From Armatimonadota bacterium (lineage in GTDB: Bacteria > Armatimonadota > HRBIN16): 64,000 bases of DNA. The position numbers and the translations under genes were made by a program. The notes under the pieces are model-generated. The model saw only the letters and a program-made list of their open reading frames with translations. It ran no database searches and had not been told where the DNA came from. The DNA lies in contig OY781964.1 in the NCBI GenBank assembly GCA_963677485.1, positions 1,056,001-1,120,000 on the forward strand. The letters are read 5' to 3'. Shown in pieces: positions 28,001-36,996 of this stretch; positions within the stretch are counted from its first letter, which is position 1, and every line of letters starts with the position of its first letter.

Positions 28001-30511
28001 TTGGACTACGCCGAGAGCAAACGACTGATCGATACCGCACGCGACGTTCTGGTGGGCAAAGTGCCCGACCCCAAGAGCCAGATTGAGCAGATCACCATCG
28101 CGCTGATCTACAAATTCATGGACGACATGGACAACCAGAGCGTGGAGATGGGCGGTACGCGCAGCTTCTTTGATGGCGAGTTCCGAAGATTTGCCTGGCA
28201 GGAGCTGCTCTCTCCGCAAAACGGCGGTCAGGAGATGCTGAACATCTATTCTGAGGCGATTTCTAAGATGCCCGAAAACCCCGGCATCCCCACGCTGTTC
28301 CGCGATATCTTTAAGAACGCCTACCTACCCTACCGTGACCCGGAGACGCTGCGGCTGTTTTTGAAGACCATCGACCAGTTTGAGTATGACCACAGCGAGA
28401 ACCTGGGCGACGCGTTTGAATACCTGCTGAGCGTGATGAGCAGCCAGGGCGATGCCGGGCAGTTCCGCACCCCGCGGCATATCATCGACTTCATGGTGGC
28501 GGTGATGAACCCGCAGAAGCACGAGCAGGTAATGGACCCCGCGTGCGGCACCGCGGGCTTTTTGATATCCGCCTACAAGCACATCAGCCAGCAGAACAGC
28601 CGCAGCTTCCCGCTGGACATGCTCAGCCCAGAGGAGCACCACCGGCTGATGCAGGGCTTTACCGGCTATGACATCTCGCCCGATATGGTGCGGCTGTCGC
28701 TGGTGAATATGTATCTGCACGGTTTTACCGACCCGCATATCTACGAGTATGACACGCTGACCAGCGAAGAGCGCTGGGATAGGTATGCGGATGTAATACT
28801 GGCCAACCCGCCTTTTATGTCACCCAAAGGCGGCATCCGGCCGCACAACCGGTTCTCGGTAAAGAGCAACCGCAGCGAGGTGCTGTTTGTGGACTACATC
28901 GCGGAGCACCTGACCGCCAACGGCCGGGCCGCGGTGATTGTGCCGGAGGGCATCATCTTCCAAAGCCAAAACGCCTACAAGCAGTTGCGGCAGATGCTGG
29001 TGGAGAACAGCCTGTATGCGGTGGTGTCGCTGCCCTCCGGTGTGTTTGCTCCCTATTCGGGCGTAAAAACCTCCGTTTTATTGATGGACAAGCAACTGGC
29101 GAAGCGGTGTGACTCGGTGCTGTTTTTGAAGATCAGCAGTGACGGCTTCAGCATCGGGGCACAGCGCCGCGAAACCGAAAAGAACGACCTGCCTGATTCG
29201 GTGAAGCTGATACACGAATATCAGGGGGCGGTGGACGCGGGCAATACCGAGCGGTTCCAGGCTTTGGACCTGCCCTGCGAGGCGTTGCTGGTCAGCAAGG
29301 CGCGTCTTGCCGAGAATGGGGATTACGGGCTGAGCATGGAGCGCTACCGCGCGGTGCTTGGGAAGGTGCAGCACAAGTGGCCCATGGTCAAGTTGGGGGA
29401 TGTGTGTGAGATTAACCCTGAGACGATAGGCGATGCCAGCTTCAATCCAGATGATGAAATACGGTATGTTGATATATCATGTGTTAGTGCCGAATCTGGT
29501 AAGATTGACTTCTCTAATAAGGTGAAATGGAGCGATGCACCAAGTCGTGCCAGACGGCTTGTTAAGCCAGATGATGTACTATTGTCGACGGTTCGACCTA
29601 ATCTTCGAGCTTTTGCCCGTATATGTTCGTTACCCGATCACGTTGTAGTCTCAACAGGATTCGCTGTCCTTCGGCCACACAGTTCATTACTACCAAGTTA
29701 CTTATATACCGTCATTTGCCAGGACGTTGTTGTGAGACAAATGGTAAATATGATGGGCAAAGGAGCATATCCTAGTATCAATACGTCTGATGTCAATCGA
29801 ATTCAAATCCCCCTGCCACCTCTTGAGGTCCAGCGGGAGATTGTGGAGGAGATCGAGGGTTACCAGCGGATCATCGACGGCGCGCGTCAGGTGGTGGATA
29901 ACTGGAAGCCGCGGATCGACATCGACCCTGCCTGGCCGCTGGTCAAGCTGGGGGAGGTTTGTGAACGCATAATGGATGGTACCCACTATTCCCCTGAAAA
30001 TGGTGAAGCAGGTGCCAAGCTCTATGTCACCGCCAAGAACATTAAAGAGAATGGCATTGACTTATCCAGTGTTACATACATTACAGAAGATGCTCATCGC
30101 TCCATATATGGCAAGTGCCCAGTTCAATATGGTGATGTTCTATACATTAAAGATGGTGCAACAGCCGGTGTCGCGACGATCAATACCCTTGACGAAGAGT
30201 TTTCCTTATTATCAAGCGTCGCTGTAATGCGGGGACGAAAAACACAACTGAGCAACAACTACCTGTATTACTATCTGAACAGTGATTCAGGAAAGCGGAA
30301 TATGTTGCAGTATGTCGGTGGTGTTGCCATTACAAGACTGACACTGACGAAACTTAATAATGTCGTCATTCCGCTGCCGCCAATTGATTTACAACAACAG
30401 ATAGCAGGGCAGCTTGATGCAGAACGAATGCAAGTTCAGGGTTGCCGGGAGCTGATTACCGCCTTTGAGGCCCGAATCAAGCAAGTGATTGACCGGGTGT
30501 GGGAGAGGTAG
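28001..30511 (+). CDS. hsdM: Fused type I methyltransferase-specificity subunit (HsdM-HsdS, two TRDs)
   Basis: TTG start after GAGG; GQFRTP, DPACGTAGF, NPPF; then two WPxVKLGxVC...IPLPPxxxQ modules. Confidence 0.92.
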   Translation: MDYAESKRLIDTARDVLVGKVPDPKSQIEQITIALIYKFMDDMDNQSVEMGGTRSFFDGEFRRFAWQELLSPQNGGQEMLNIYSEAISKMPENPGIPTLFRDIFKNAYLPYRDPETLRLFLKTIDQFEYDHSENLGDAFEYLLSVMSSQGDAGQFRTPRHIIDFMVAVMNPQKHEQVMDPACGTAGFLISAYKHISQQNSRSFPLDMLSPEEHHRLMQGFTGYDISPDMVRLSLVNMYLHGFTDPHIYEYDTLTSEERWDRYADVILANPPFMSPKGGIRPHNRFSVKSNRSEVLFVDYIAEHLTANGRAAVIVPEGIIFQSQNAYKQLRQMLVENSLYAVVSLPSGVFAPYSGVKTSVLLMDKQLAKRCDSVLFLKISSDGFSIGAQRRETEKNDLPDSVKLIHEYQGAVDAGNTERFQALDLPCEALLVSKARLAENGDYGLSMERYRAVLGKVQHKWPMVKLGDVCEINPETIGDASFNPDDEIRYVDISCVSAESGKIDFSNKVKWSDAPSRARRLVKPDDVLLSTVRPNLRAFARICSLPDHVVVSTGFAVLRPHSSLLPSYLYTVICQDVVVRQMVNMMGKGAYPSINTSDVNRIQIPLPPLEVQREIVEEIEGYQRIIDGARQVVDNWKPRIDIDPAWPLVKLGEVCERIMDGTHYSPENGEAGAKLYVTAKNIKENGIDLSSVTYITEDAHRSIYGKCPVQYGDVLYIKDGATAGVATINTLDEEFSLLSSVAVMRGRKTQLSNNYLYYYLNSDSGKRNMLQYVGGVAITRLTLTKLNNVVIPLPPIDLQQQIAGQLDAERMQVQGCRELITAFEARIKQVIDRVWER

Positions 30512-30601
30512 ACGGAAGTGAGATACTGCAAAGTCAAGTTAGATTACTACTCAGTGAACTAAAATGAAACTAGTGTAACGACTGCCAATAGGGGGCTAAA
30601 A

Positions 30602-31843
30602 ATGTCATCCGAAATACTCGATAAAATGGTAGTTCGACTGAAACCTGAAGACACAGTGAAGATGAAAAGACCTGTAAATGGCCAAGGAGGGCATCAAACA
30701 CTCTTTAGACGGCTGAAGAAAGGCATCAGGCAGAATGATATCGTTATCACGTATGATGATGCTGTGACGATATTGAAATATGCATTCCAATATGGGCAGG
30801 GCGGATTTCAATCGCGGTTCCCAGACGATCTTTTGGACGCGTGTTCCACGATGATCACCCGCAAGCGGATGCTTGACAAAAGTATTGAATCGTATATCTT
30901 AGCACTTGAGACAATTAATAGATTATCGATCCAGTACCGGTTTGAAGCATTTAGCATATTCATATGCAACGCATGGGAGTTACTTCTCAAAGTAAAATTA
31001 CTAGTAGATAATCCTCACATAGCCATAATCCAGGATGGAGCTGCAAGTGACCACACGATAGGTATCAAGTTATGCATTAATAAACTATTTTCCAAATCCG
31101 ATGATCCCATTCGATTGAATCTAGAAGATGTAGAAGACTACCGGAACAACGCCATACACTACATCGTGCCATTTCTACCGAAGGAGGTGCTTGGATTATT
31201 CCAGTCATGTGTCATGAATTATCATTCGTTTCTTCAAACGTGGATGGGTATTCACCTAAGGGATAGGGTCACGGCAGGTATGATGACCATCGTATATGAC
31301 TTCGATCCTGAAAATTTCGACATTAATTCTGCCAGAATGAAGACGCAGTTGTCTCCACGATCTGTAATTTACCTAACAGCTCTCAAGAAAAAAATCCTTG
31401 AACGACATGGCTCTATGCCAGACTCCAACCAATATATGATTGATATCAACTACAAACTTGGGTTAATAAAAAACAAAAACAAAGGCGATATCATCTTAAC
31501 TACTGGCAATAGTAGCCAAACAGTCGGACTTATTCCAGTACCTACAGATCCTGGTAAAACACATCCATACCTGCATCGAAGTTTATGCAGTGAGATCAGT
31601 AATGCGCTAAAACGAAATATAAGGCTTAGCACATATGATATGATCTGTATAATCGCCTTCTTTAAGTGGCAAAGTGGCGACATCTATTACTACCGAGGAT
31701 CAATCGATGGAAGTAGTAAACAATACTCGCAAGAGTGTGCTCAATTGTTAGCCCAAAGTATCTTAGAAGACCCTGAGTTCGTGTTGAAGTGCAAAGACGC
31801 ATACAGGAAAAGTCGTTCGGAGGTAAAAATAGATGAAGCGTGA
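30602..31843 (+). CDS. DUF3644-like (HEPN-type) protein with an extra ~85-aa N-terminal domain
   Basis: KSIESYILALETINR...F..FICNAWELLLK and Rx4H motif RNNAIH; low GC. Confidence 0.75.
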   Translation: MSSEILDKMVVRLKPEDTVKMKRPVNGQGGHQTLFRRLKKGIRQNDIVITYDDAVTILKYAFQYGQGGFQSRFPDDLLDACSTMITRKRMLDKSIESYILALETINRLSIQYRFEAFSIFICNAWELLLKVKLLVDNPHIAIIQDGAASDHTIGIKLCINKLFSKSDDPIRLNLEDVEDYRNNAIHYIVPFLPKEVLGLFQSCVMNYHSFLQTWMGIHLRDRVTAGMMTIVYDFDPENFDINSARMKTQLSPRSVIYLTALKKKILERHGSMPDSNQYMIDINYKLGLIKNKNKGDIILTTGNSSQTVGLIPVPTDPGKTHPYLHRSLCSEISNALKRNIRLSTYDMICIIAFFKWQSGDIYYYRGSIDGSSKQYSQECAQLLAQSILEDPEFVLKCKDAYRKSRSEVKIDEA

Positions 31844-32207
31844 TATGGAGTTGATACGGAAGCTGCTGTTGTATGTTGAGGAGCATGGGAAGTATACGGG
31901 ACTGCGTGATAATGACATCGTGATTGATGGATATACGCCAGAACAGATTGGGTATAACCTATGGCTTCTACATGATGGTAGATACATAGGGATCATAGAC
32001 TTGAGATGTGACCATGACACCTACTACCGGTGTATAGTGACGAATATCACCTGGGATGGCCACGAATTGCTGGACACCATCCGCGATGACGGTGTTTGGA
32101 AGAAGACGAAGGAGCGGCTGGCACCGGTGGGGTCGGTGGGCATTGAGGTGCTGAAGGCTGTGGCGGTGAGTGTGGCAAAGGGGATGCTAGGGCTGGGGGG
32201 AGGTTAG
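31833..32207 (+). CDS. DUF2513 domain protein
   Basis: MKRDMELIRKLLL, ITWDGHELLDTIRDDGVWKKTK. Confidence 0.85.
   Translation: MKRDMELIRKLLLYVEEHGKYTGLRDNDIVIDGYTPEQIGYNLWLLHDGRYIGIIDLRCDHDTYYRCIVTNITWDGHELLDTIRDDGVWKKTKERLAPVGSVGIEVLKAVAVSVAKGMLGLGGG
32140..32198 (+). repeat. 59-bp direct repeat, copy 1 (3' end of DUF2513 gene)
   Basis: 56/59 identical to 34362-34420. Confidence 0.9.
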
Positions 32208-32315
32208 GGAGGAGTCAGGAGAGCAGGAGATAGGAGTTAGGAGGGGTGAGGAGCGGCTCTGAACAGTTATCCGGCCGTTTTGATATCTCTGTAAGAACAC
32301 GAGCAAGTTTAGCAG

Positions 32316-32344
32316 TTGACTTTAGGAAACAATATGTGCATAAT
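32316..32344 (+). promoter_or_regulatory. Putative sigma70 promoter of the HD cassette
   Basis: TTGACT-17 bp-CATAAT. Confidence 0.6.
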
Positions 32345-32470
32345 TTAAACATACTACCGGTAGCGCATGTCTATCGTTCATAGTCATGTGCCGGCATTAT
32401 CTTGCATCGTGCAAGATATTTTGATTTACGGCTGCAAATAGATTGTTGCAGCGAAAAGAAGGACACAACA

Positions 32471-32773
32471 ATGTGCACCATTCTTGAAGCCGACCACATC
32501 TTAGCCATTATTTTCAAAGCAGGATCCGATACTGTATCTATTGATCAGTTAAAGACCTTGCGTCGAAAAATAGAAGGCAGTTGTACTGGCCTGTTTCTGG
32601 ATATCGATACTGATTCACTAATGTATGCAGTCGAAAAGTGGTCTGACTATTTCGAATGGCATGACGATGGCAGTGATTGCTTCATTAAACGCCGCAAAAT
32701 GATTACATCTGACGACATGAAAACAAATTGGTATAAGGAAATTCCGAAACCATTTGCTGAAGTTTTGCAGTGA
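32471..32773 (+). CDS. Small hypothetical protein (~100 aa)
   Basis: ATG after AAGGA RBS; low GC; directly upstream of the HD gene. Confidence 0.7.
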   Translation: MCTILEADHILAIIFKAGSDTVSIDQLKTLRRKIEGSCTGLFLDIDTDSLMYAVEKWSDYFEWHDDGSDCFIKRRKMITSDDMKTNWYKEIPKPFAEVLQ

Positions 32774-32791
32774 TTACAAGCTGCTTCCGAA

Positions 32792-34220
32792 ATGTCGACC
32801 CAAGATAAAATCCTGCGCGACTCGGTACATGGATACATCCATGTACCGAGTCGATTTTTGTCGTGAGTTTATTGATACCCCAATATTCCAGCGACTGCGG
32901 TATATCGAGCAGACTTCAATGCGATGCCTTTTCCCATCTGCCCGGCACGATCGATTTATCCATTCGCTAGGCGTTTACCATCTGGGTAAACAGGCCGTGC
33001 ATAATCTTCTGAATAATTCATCTGATTCCCTCAACCAGATAGGCATAAGTCAAGATGCAATCGATAATACTACTCGATCATTTGAAATGGCGTGCCTGCT
33101 CCATGACTGCGCTCATGCGCCATTCTCCCATACGTTCGAGCGATATTACAAAGCCTCAATACTGGAATATGAACTTGCTCAGTTGATGGCACCAGGCTAC
33201 GATGATGATTATAAAAATGTGACACCTGCTACACATGAACTCGCAAGTGCGATCATTGCTATTAGGGAATATGGAGAGGCGATCATCCGGCTCGGTGGAG
33301 AGCCAGAGCTGGTCGCCCGTATGATCATCGGATGCAGTTTCAAAGGGGAAAGAGGAAAAACACCTGAAAACCAGTTTAACAATGCTCTTATCGCATTACT
33401 AAACGGCAAGGCTATTGATGTAGATAAGCTGGATTACATAATACGCGACACATGGGCATCGGGAGTGAAAAACTTCGCAATTGATGTCGACCGTTTATTA
33501 TCATCGGTTGTATTGTGCCGGGAAATATCGAAAAGCCGATATATCATAGGATTCACTGAGACAGCTATCAGCGTCATACAAAGTGTTGTAGATGCCAGGA
33601 ACTATCTGTTCAAGTGGATATATGCCCACCATAAAGTAAAGTACACAAACTTCCTTATGGAGCAATCTGTCTCCAATATGGCCAAAAGACTAGATAAAGA
33701 CACCAATCCCGATGAATGCCTAGCCAAGGTGTTCAACATACAGAATCTTTATAATCCGATGGAAGTTGCTGGTCATAAGCTTTACCTGGTTTCTGATCCT
33801 GATATCGTTCATTATGTAAAGAATACAATGGAGTATACAAGCGATGATCCCGGTTACGAATGGTTGACACGGCAATATCAACGGATCGCAATCTGGAAAT
33901 CTAAAGAGGCATTTTATGATATCTTTAGCCACCCATCTTCGCTGGAGTGTAATCAGATGGCGTCGCAGTTTGTCACTGTTCAACAACAATTCGAATTAAC
34001 CGACAGTGACCTGTTGAAGATCGATGTCAAGGCTAAGGAAATACTAATCGAACGAAATGCCATCTATGTTCATATCAACGACAAGGATGTTCCATATAAT
34101 GAACTATTTTCTGGCAGTTCGACTGGTATTCTCGACGAATTCTTCTACGTGTACAAACACCGAAATTGCAGGATTGATGACGACAGCATAGTCGATGCGT
34201 TATCTGATTTCAAAAACTGA
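32792..34220 (+). pseudogene. SAMHD1-like HD-domain dNTP triphosphohydrolase with a +1 frameshift near 32845-32860
   Basis: ATG 32792 reads MSTQDKILRDSVHGYIHVP then TGA at 32864. The next frame has IDTPIFQRLRYIEQ, RFIHSLGV, LLHDCAHAPFSH and IDVDKLDYIIRD. Confidence 0.82.
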
Positions 34221-34361
34221 CATCATCGATTGTTTGACCAATATTTATTACAAAGACAGATTCAATGGGTTTGCGAGTCGCAGCAATAGCGCAACCACCA
34301 TATGTCATCTATCAAGTGATCCTCTACCAACTACGTCCAATGGCCATACCACCTTCGGAGA

Positions 34362-34420
34362 GCATTGAGGTGTTGAAGGTCGTGGCGGTGAGTGTGGCAA
34401 AGGGGATGCTAGGGCTGGGG
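34362..34420 (+). repeat. 59-bp direct repeat, copy 2 (orphan DUF2513 3' end)
   Basis: Matches 32140-32198. Confidence 0.9.
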
Positions 34421-34429
34421 TGAAGGGCT

Positions 34430-34720
34430 ATCTCACGCGACACCACAGGTGACGACGCGGAGGGCGCAGAGGTAGGGACATGGCGTGCCGTGTCCATGGT
34501 GTCGCGCAGGGGCACCCCCCTGTGGGTGCCCTTGTTCGGGGCAAGTATGGGGGCACTGTCCCTACACGTCAGACCGCCCCGAACATAGCCAAATGGTGCA
34601 TCTGTAACAGGCTGACCGCCAGACCGCGCCGGAAATGGGCTGCATGGCGACTGCTAGCTTACTGAGAAACCGGCGCGGTCATTACCCCTCTGCGCACTCC
34701 GCGTCTCCGCGTGAGAAAGT
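34430..34720. repeat. REP-like/modular repeat cluster at the right edge of the defence island
   Basis: GTAGGGACATGGCGTGCCGTGTCC, CAGACCGCCCCGAACATAGCCAA, ACCGGCGCGGT, CTCCGCGTCTCCGCGTGAGA. Confidence 0.7.
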
Positions 34721-34757
34721 TCCCTCCATGCCACCCGATCTGCTTCCGTCTCAGAAG

Positions 34758-35291
34758 CTAGTGGTATTTCACGACTTCAGCTAGCGGTTTCCTGACCCGC
34801 GCATCGCGGGCTGGTTTTGTGTATGCCTCGAAGTCGACCACTTCACCTAGCGCAATGCAGCACATTGGGACGTATTTATCTTCAATTTCCAGCCACTTTT
34901 TCAGGGCTGCTTCATCCCATCCCCCCATGGGGCAACTGGCTAACTGCTGCGCGGTGGCTGCAATCATCAGGTTCTGGGCCGCTAGCCCGGCATCGAAGTA
35001 CATCGTGCGTTCATTTTCAGGCTGACCCTCGACTTCGTGTTTCACAGCGCAAACTACCACCACCGCTCCGCATTCGGCCGTCCATGCGTTACCGGGGGCA
35101 GCGATGTTTTGCCCGAAATACTGCAGGTTCTCGCGACCGGTAATGACCCAGAATTTCCATGGTTGATGGTTCCACGATGATGGCGCCAAGTGAGCGGCCT
35201 GTATCAGCGGACGTAAATGGTCACGGCTAAGCGGCTCCGAGACGATCTGCCTTACTGCGGCACGCTTGGAAATCACATTCACTATATCCAT
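34758..35291 (-). CDS. Nitroreductase family protein
   Basis: AAHLAPSSWNHQPWKF, DAGLAAQNLMIAA; start MDIVN after GGAGG. Confidence 0.92.
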   Translation of the reverse strand: MDIVNVISKRAAVRQIVSEPLSRDHLRPLIQAAHLAPSSWNHQPWKFWVITGRENLQYFGQNIAAPGNAWTAECGAVVVVCAVKHEVEGQPENERTMYFDAGLAAQNLMIAATAQQLASCPMGGWDEAALKKWLEIEDKYVPMCCIALGEVVDFEAYTKPARDARVRKPLAEVVKYH

Positions 35292-35455
35292 TGCCTTGCC
35301 TCCTGTGTGGGTTCGGTATCTGGCTTGATTATGGCATATATTGTATGGCATTCGGTTGCCATAGGCGCACAAATAATACCTAATACGAGTGAAAAGATGC
35401 ATTACCGCTAAGTGTTGTGGTGCAGCTGGTGACGATGTAGAGTGATCTATTCAGG

Positions 35456-35938
35456 CTAGCGATTTTTGAGGCAGGGGCGAGAGATCAGGCCGTTCTTCTT
35501 ATCATAGATCCAGCCTCCGCACATGCCGGTTCCCTCGCAGGCTCGGCAAGGTATTATATAGCCACGCCCATCTGGCAACTTACCTTTACCACCGCACATG
35601 GAACAGGTACCTGTGCCATGACAGCATGGGGGGTCTTTACGTGAAAATCTTAGCTTGCCAGTGCCTTTGCACAGCTTACATTGGATACTGGTTATTGAAT
35701 TACCACCGGCGTCTTGTGTATACCCTTTACCATCGCATTTTGGACATGTGATCTCAATGTTAGCAGCCGTTCTTTCCTTAGCCCGTTCTGAAGTGAAGGA
35801 CGTAAAGCTATGTCCGGGCGAACCAATGATATCTTCACCCCGATTCACACCCATCACCATCAAAGAAAGAAGCAGGGTGACCAGTACGCAGAACAATACC
35901 ATTATTTTAGGAGATACGCGTCTAGGCCGTTGATCCAT
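35456..35938 (-). CDS. Membrane-anchored protein with DnaJ-type CxxCxGxG zinc-finger repeats
   Basis: N-terminal TM; CPKCDGKG, CKLCKGTG, CCHGTG, CSMCGGKG, CRACEGTG. Confidence 0.75.
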   Translation of the reverse strand: MDQRPRRVSPKIMVLFCVLVTLLLSLMVMGVNRGEDIIGSPGHSFTSFTSERAKERTAANIEITCPKCDGKGYTQDAGGNSITSIQCKLCKGTGKLRFSRKDPPCCHGTGTCSMCGGKGKLPDGRGYIIPCRACEGTGMCGGWIYDKKNGLISRPCLKNR

Positions 35939-36153
35939 ATGATTTGTCCACGAAAAAAGTATAGATAAAGTCAACGGGCAGACGACATCCTGGTGATGCA
36001 TCCATCCCGTGTGATTATTTTACCCCAATTTTTCGCACAATCGTGTTAAAAGTTACCAATAGACGGGTATTTTCTATTATTTCGTTCATATCCATAGAAA
36101 TTTAACGTTTCCCGATTATGAATATTAAACCATACCCCTCGATGGGCATACTC

Positions 36154-36996
36154 CTACACACCCGAATAGCTGCTGAATCCACCATCGATGGCGACCATGC
36201 TGCCGGTCACGAACCGCGAGGCATCAGTCAACAGCCAGTGAATCGCACCCCAAAGATCGGCACTCTCCCCAAAACGTGCCATCGGGGTATGAGCGATCAC
36301 CTTCTGACCACGCGGGCTGTATTCACCCGTCACCGCATCGGTCAGCAGGAACCTGTTCTGTTCGGTGATGAAAAAACCAGGCGAAATGGCGTTGACCCTG
36401 ACGCCCACAGGAGCTAGATGAACAGCCATCCATTGGGTGAGGTTCAGCACCGCCGATTTCGCGGCGGAGTAAGCAGGTATCTTGGTGAGCGGGCGAATAG
36501 CGTTCATACTGGCAATATTCACAATGCTGCCGGCATGCTGCTTCACCATCACCTGGCTGAACACTTGCGATGGTAGCAGTGTGCCCACCAGGTTAAGATC
36601 AAAAACCTGACCAAACGCCTCTTGCGGCAGTTGAAAGAAGCTGTTATCCGCCATCAAATCATCAACACTGGCCGTCTCGCTGGGCGTGGTGGCTTTGGGG
36701 TTGTTCCCGCCAGCGGCGTTGATCAGCCCATCAAGCTTTCCATACCGTTGCATAATGGTCTCGCGGCAACTCTCAAGCACGGATCGGTCCAGCACGTTGC
36801 AGCTCAGGGCAACCGCCTTCCCGCCTTCATCGCAGATGCTGCTGGCGAGTGCCTGGGCATTATCTACCATCCTGTCCAGAATGATCACTGTGGCCCCGTT
36901 CTGAGCCAAGTATCGGCATGTGGGGCCAAACAGCCCCCCGCTGCCACCGGTCACAGCCACCACACTATTATCTAAACTAAATATCTTCTGACTCAT
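36154..36996 (-). CDS. uxuB: SDR family D-mannonate oxidoreductase (fructuronate reductase)
   Basis: INAAGGNNPKAT, PLTKIPAYSAAK, RVNAISPGFF; coupled to uxaE. Confidence 0.85.
   Translation of the reverse strand: MSQKIFSLDNSVVAVTGGSGGLFGPTCRYLAQNGATVIILDRMVDNAQALASSICDEGGKAVALSCNVLDRSVLESCRETIMQRYGKLDGLINAAGGNNPKATTPSETASVDDLMADNSFFQLPQEAFGQVFDLNLVGTLLPSQVFSQVMVKQHAGSIVNIASMNAIRPLTKIPAYSAAKSAVLNLTQWMAVHLAPVGVRVNAISPGFFITEQNRFLLTDAVTGEYSPRGQKVIAHTPMARFGESADLWGAIHWLLTDASRFVTGSMVAIDGGFSSYSGV

Noticed and set aside
32754-32850. ORF-track start of the HD protein (MLKFCSD...)
   Set aside because: The true N-terminus is in another frame, starting at 32792.
25100-34420. Prophage or integrative element
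   Set aside because: No integrase, phage structural or conjugation genes; treated as a defence island only.
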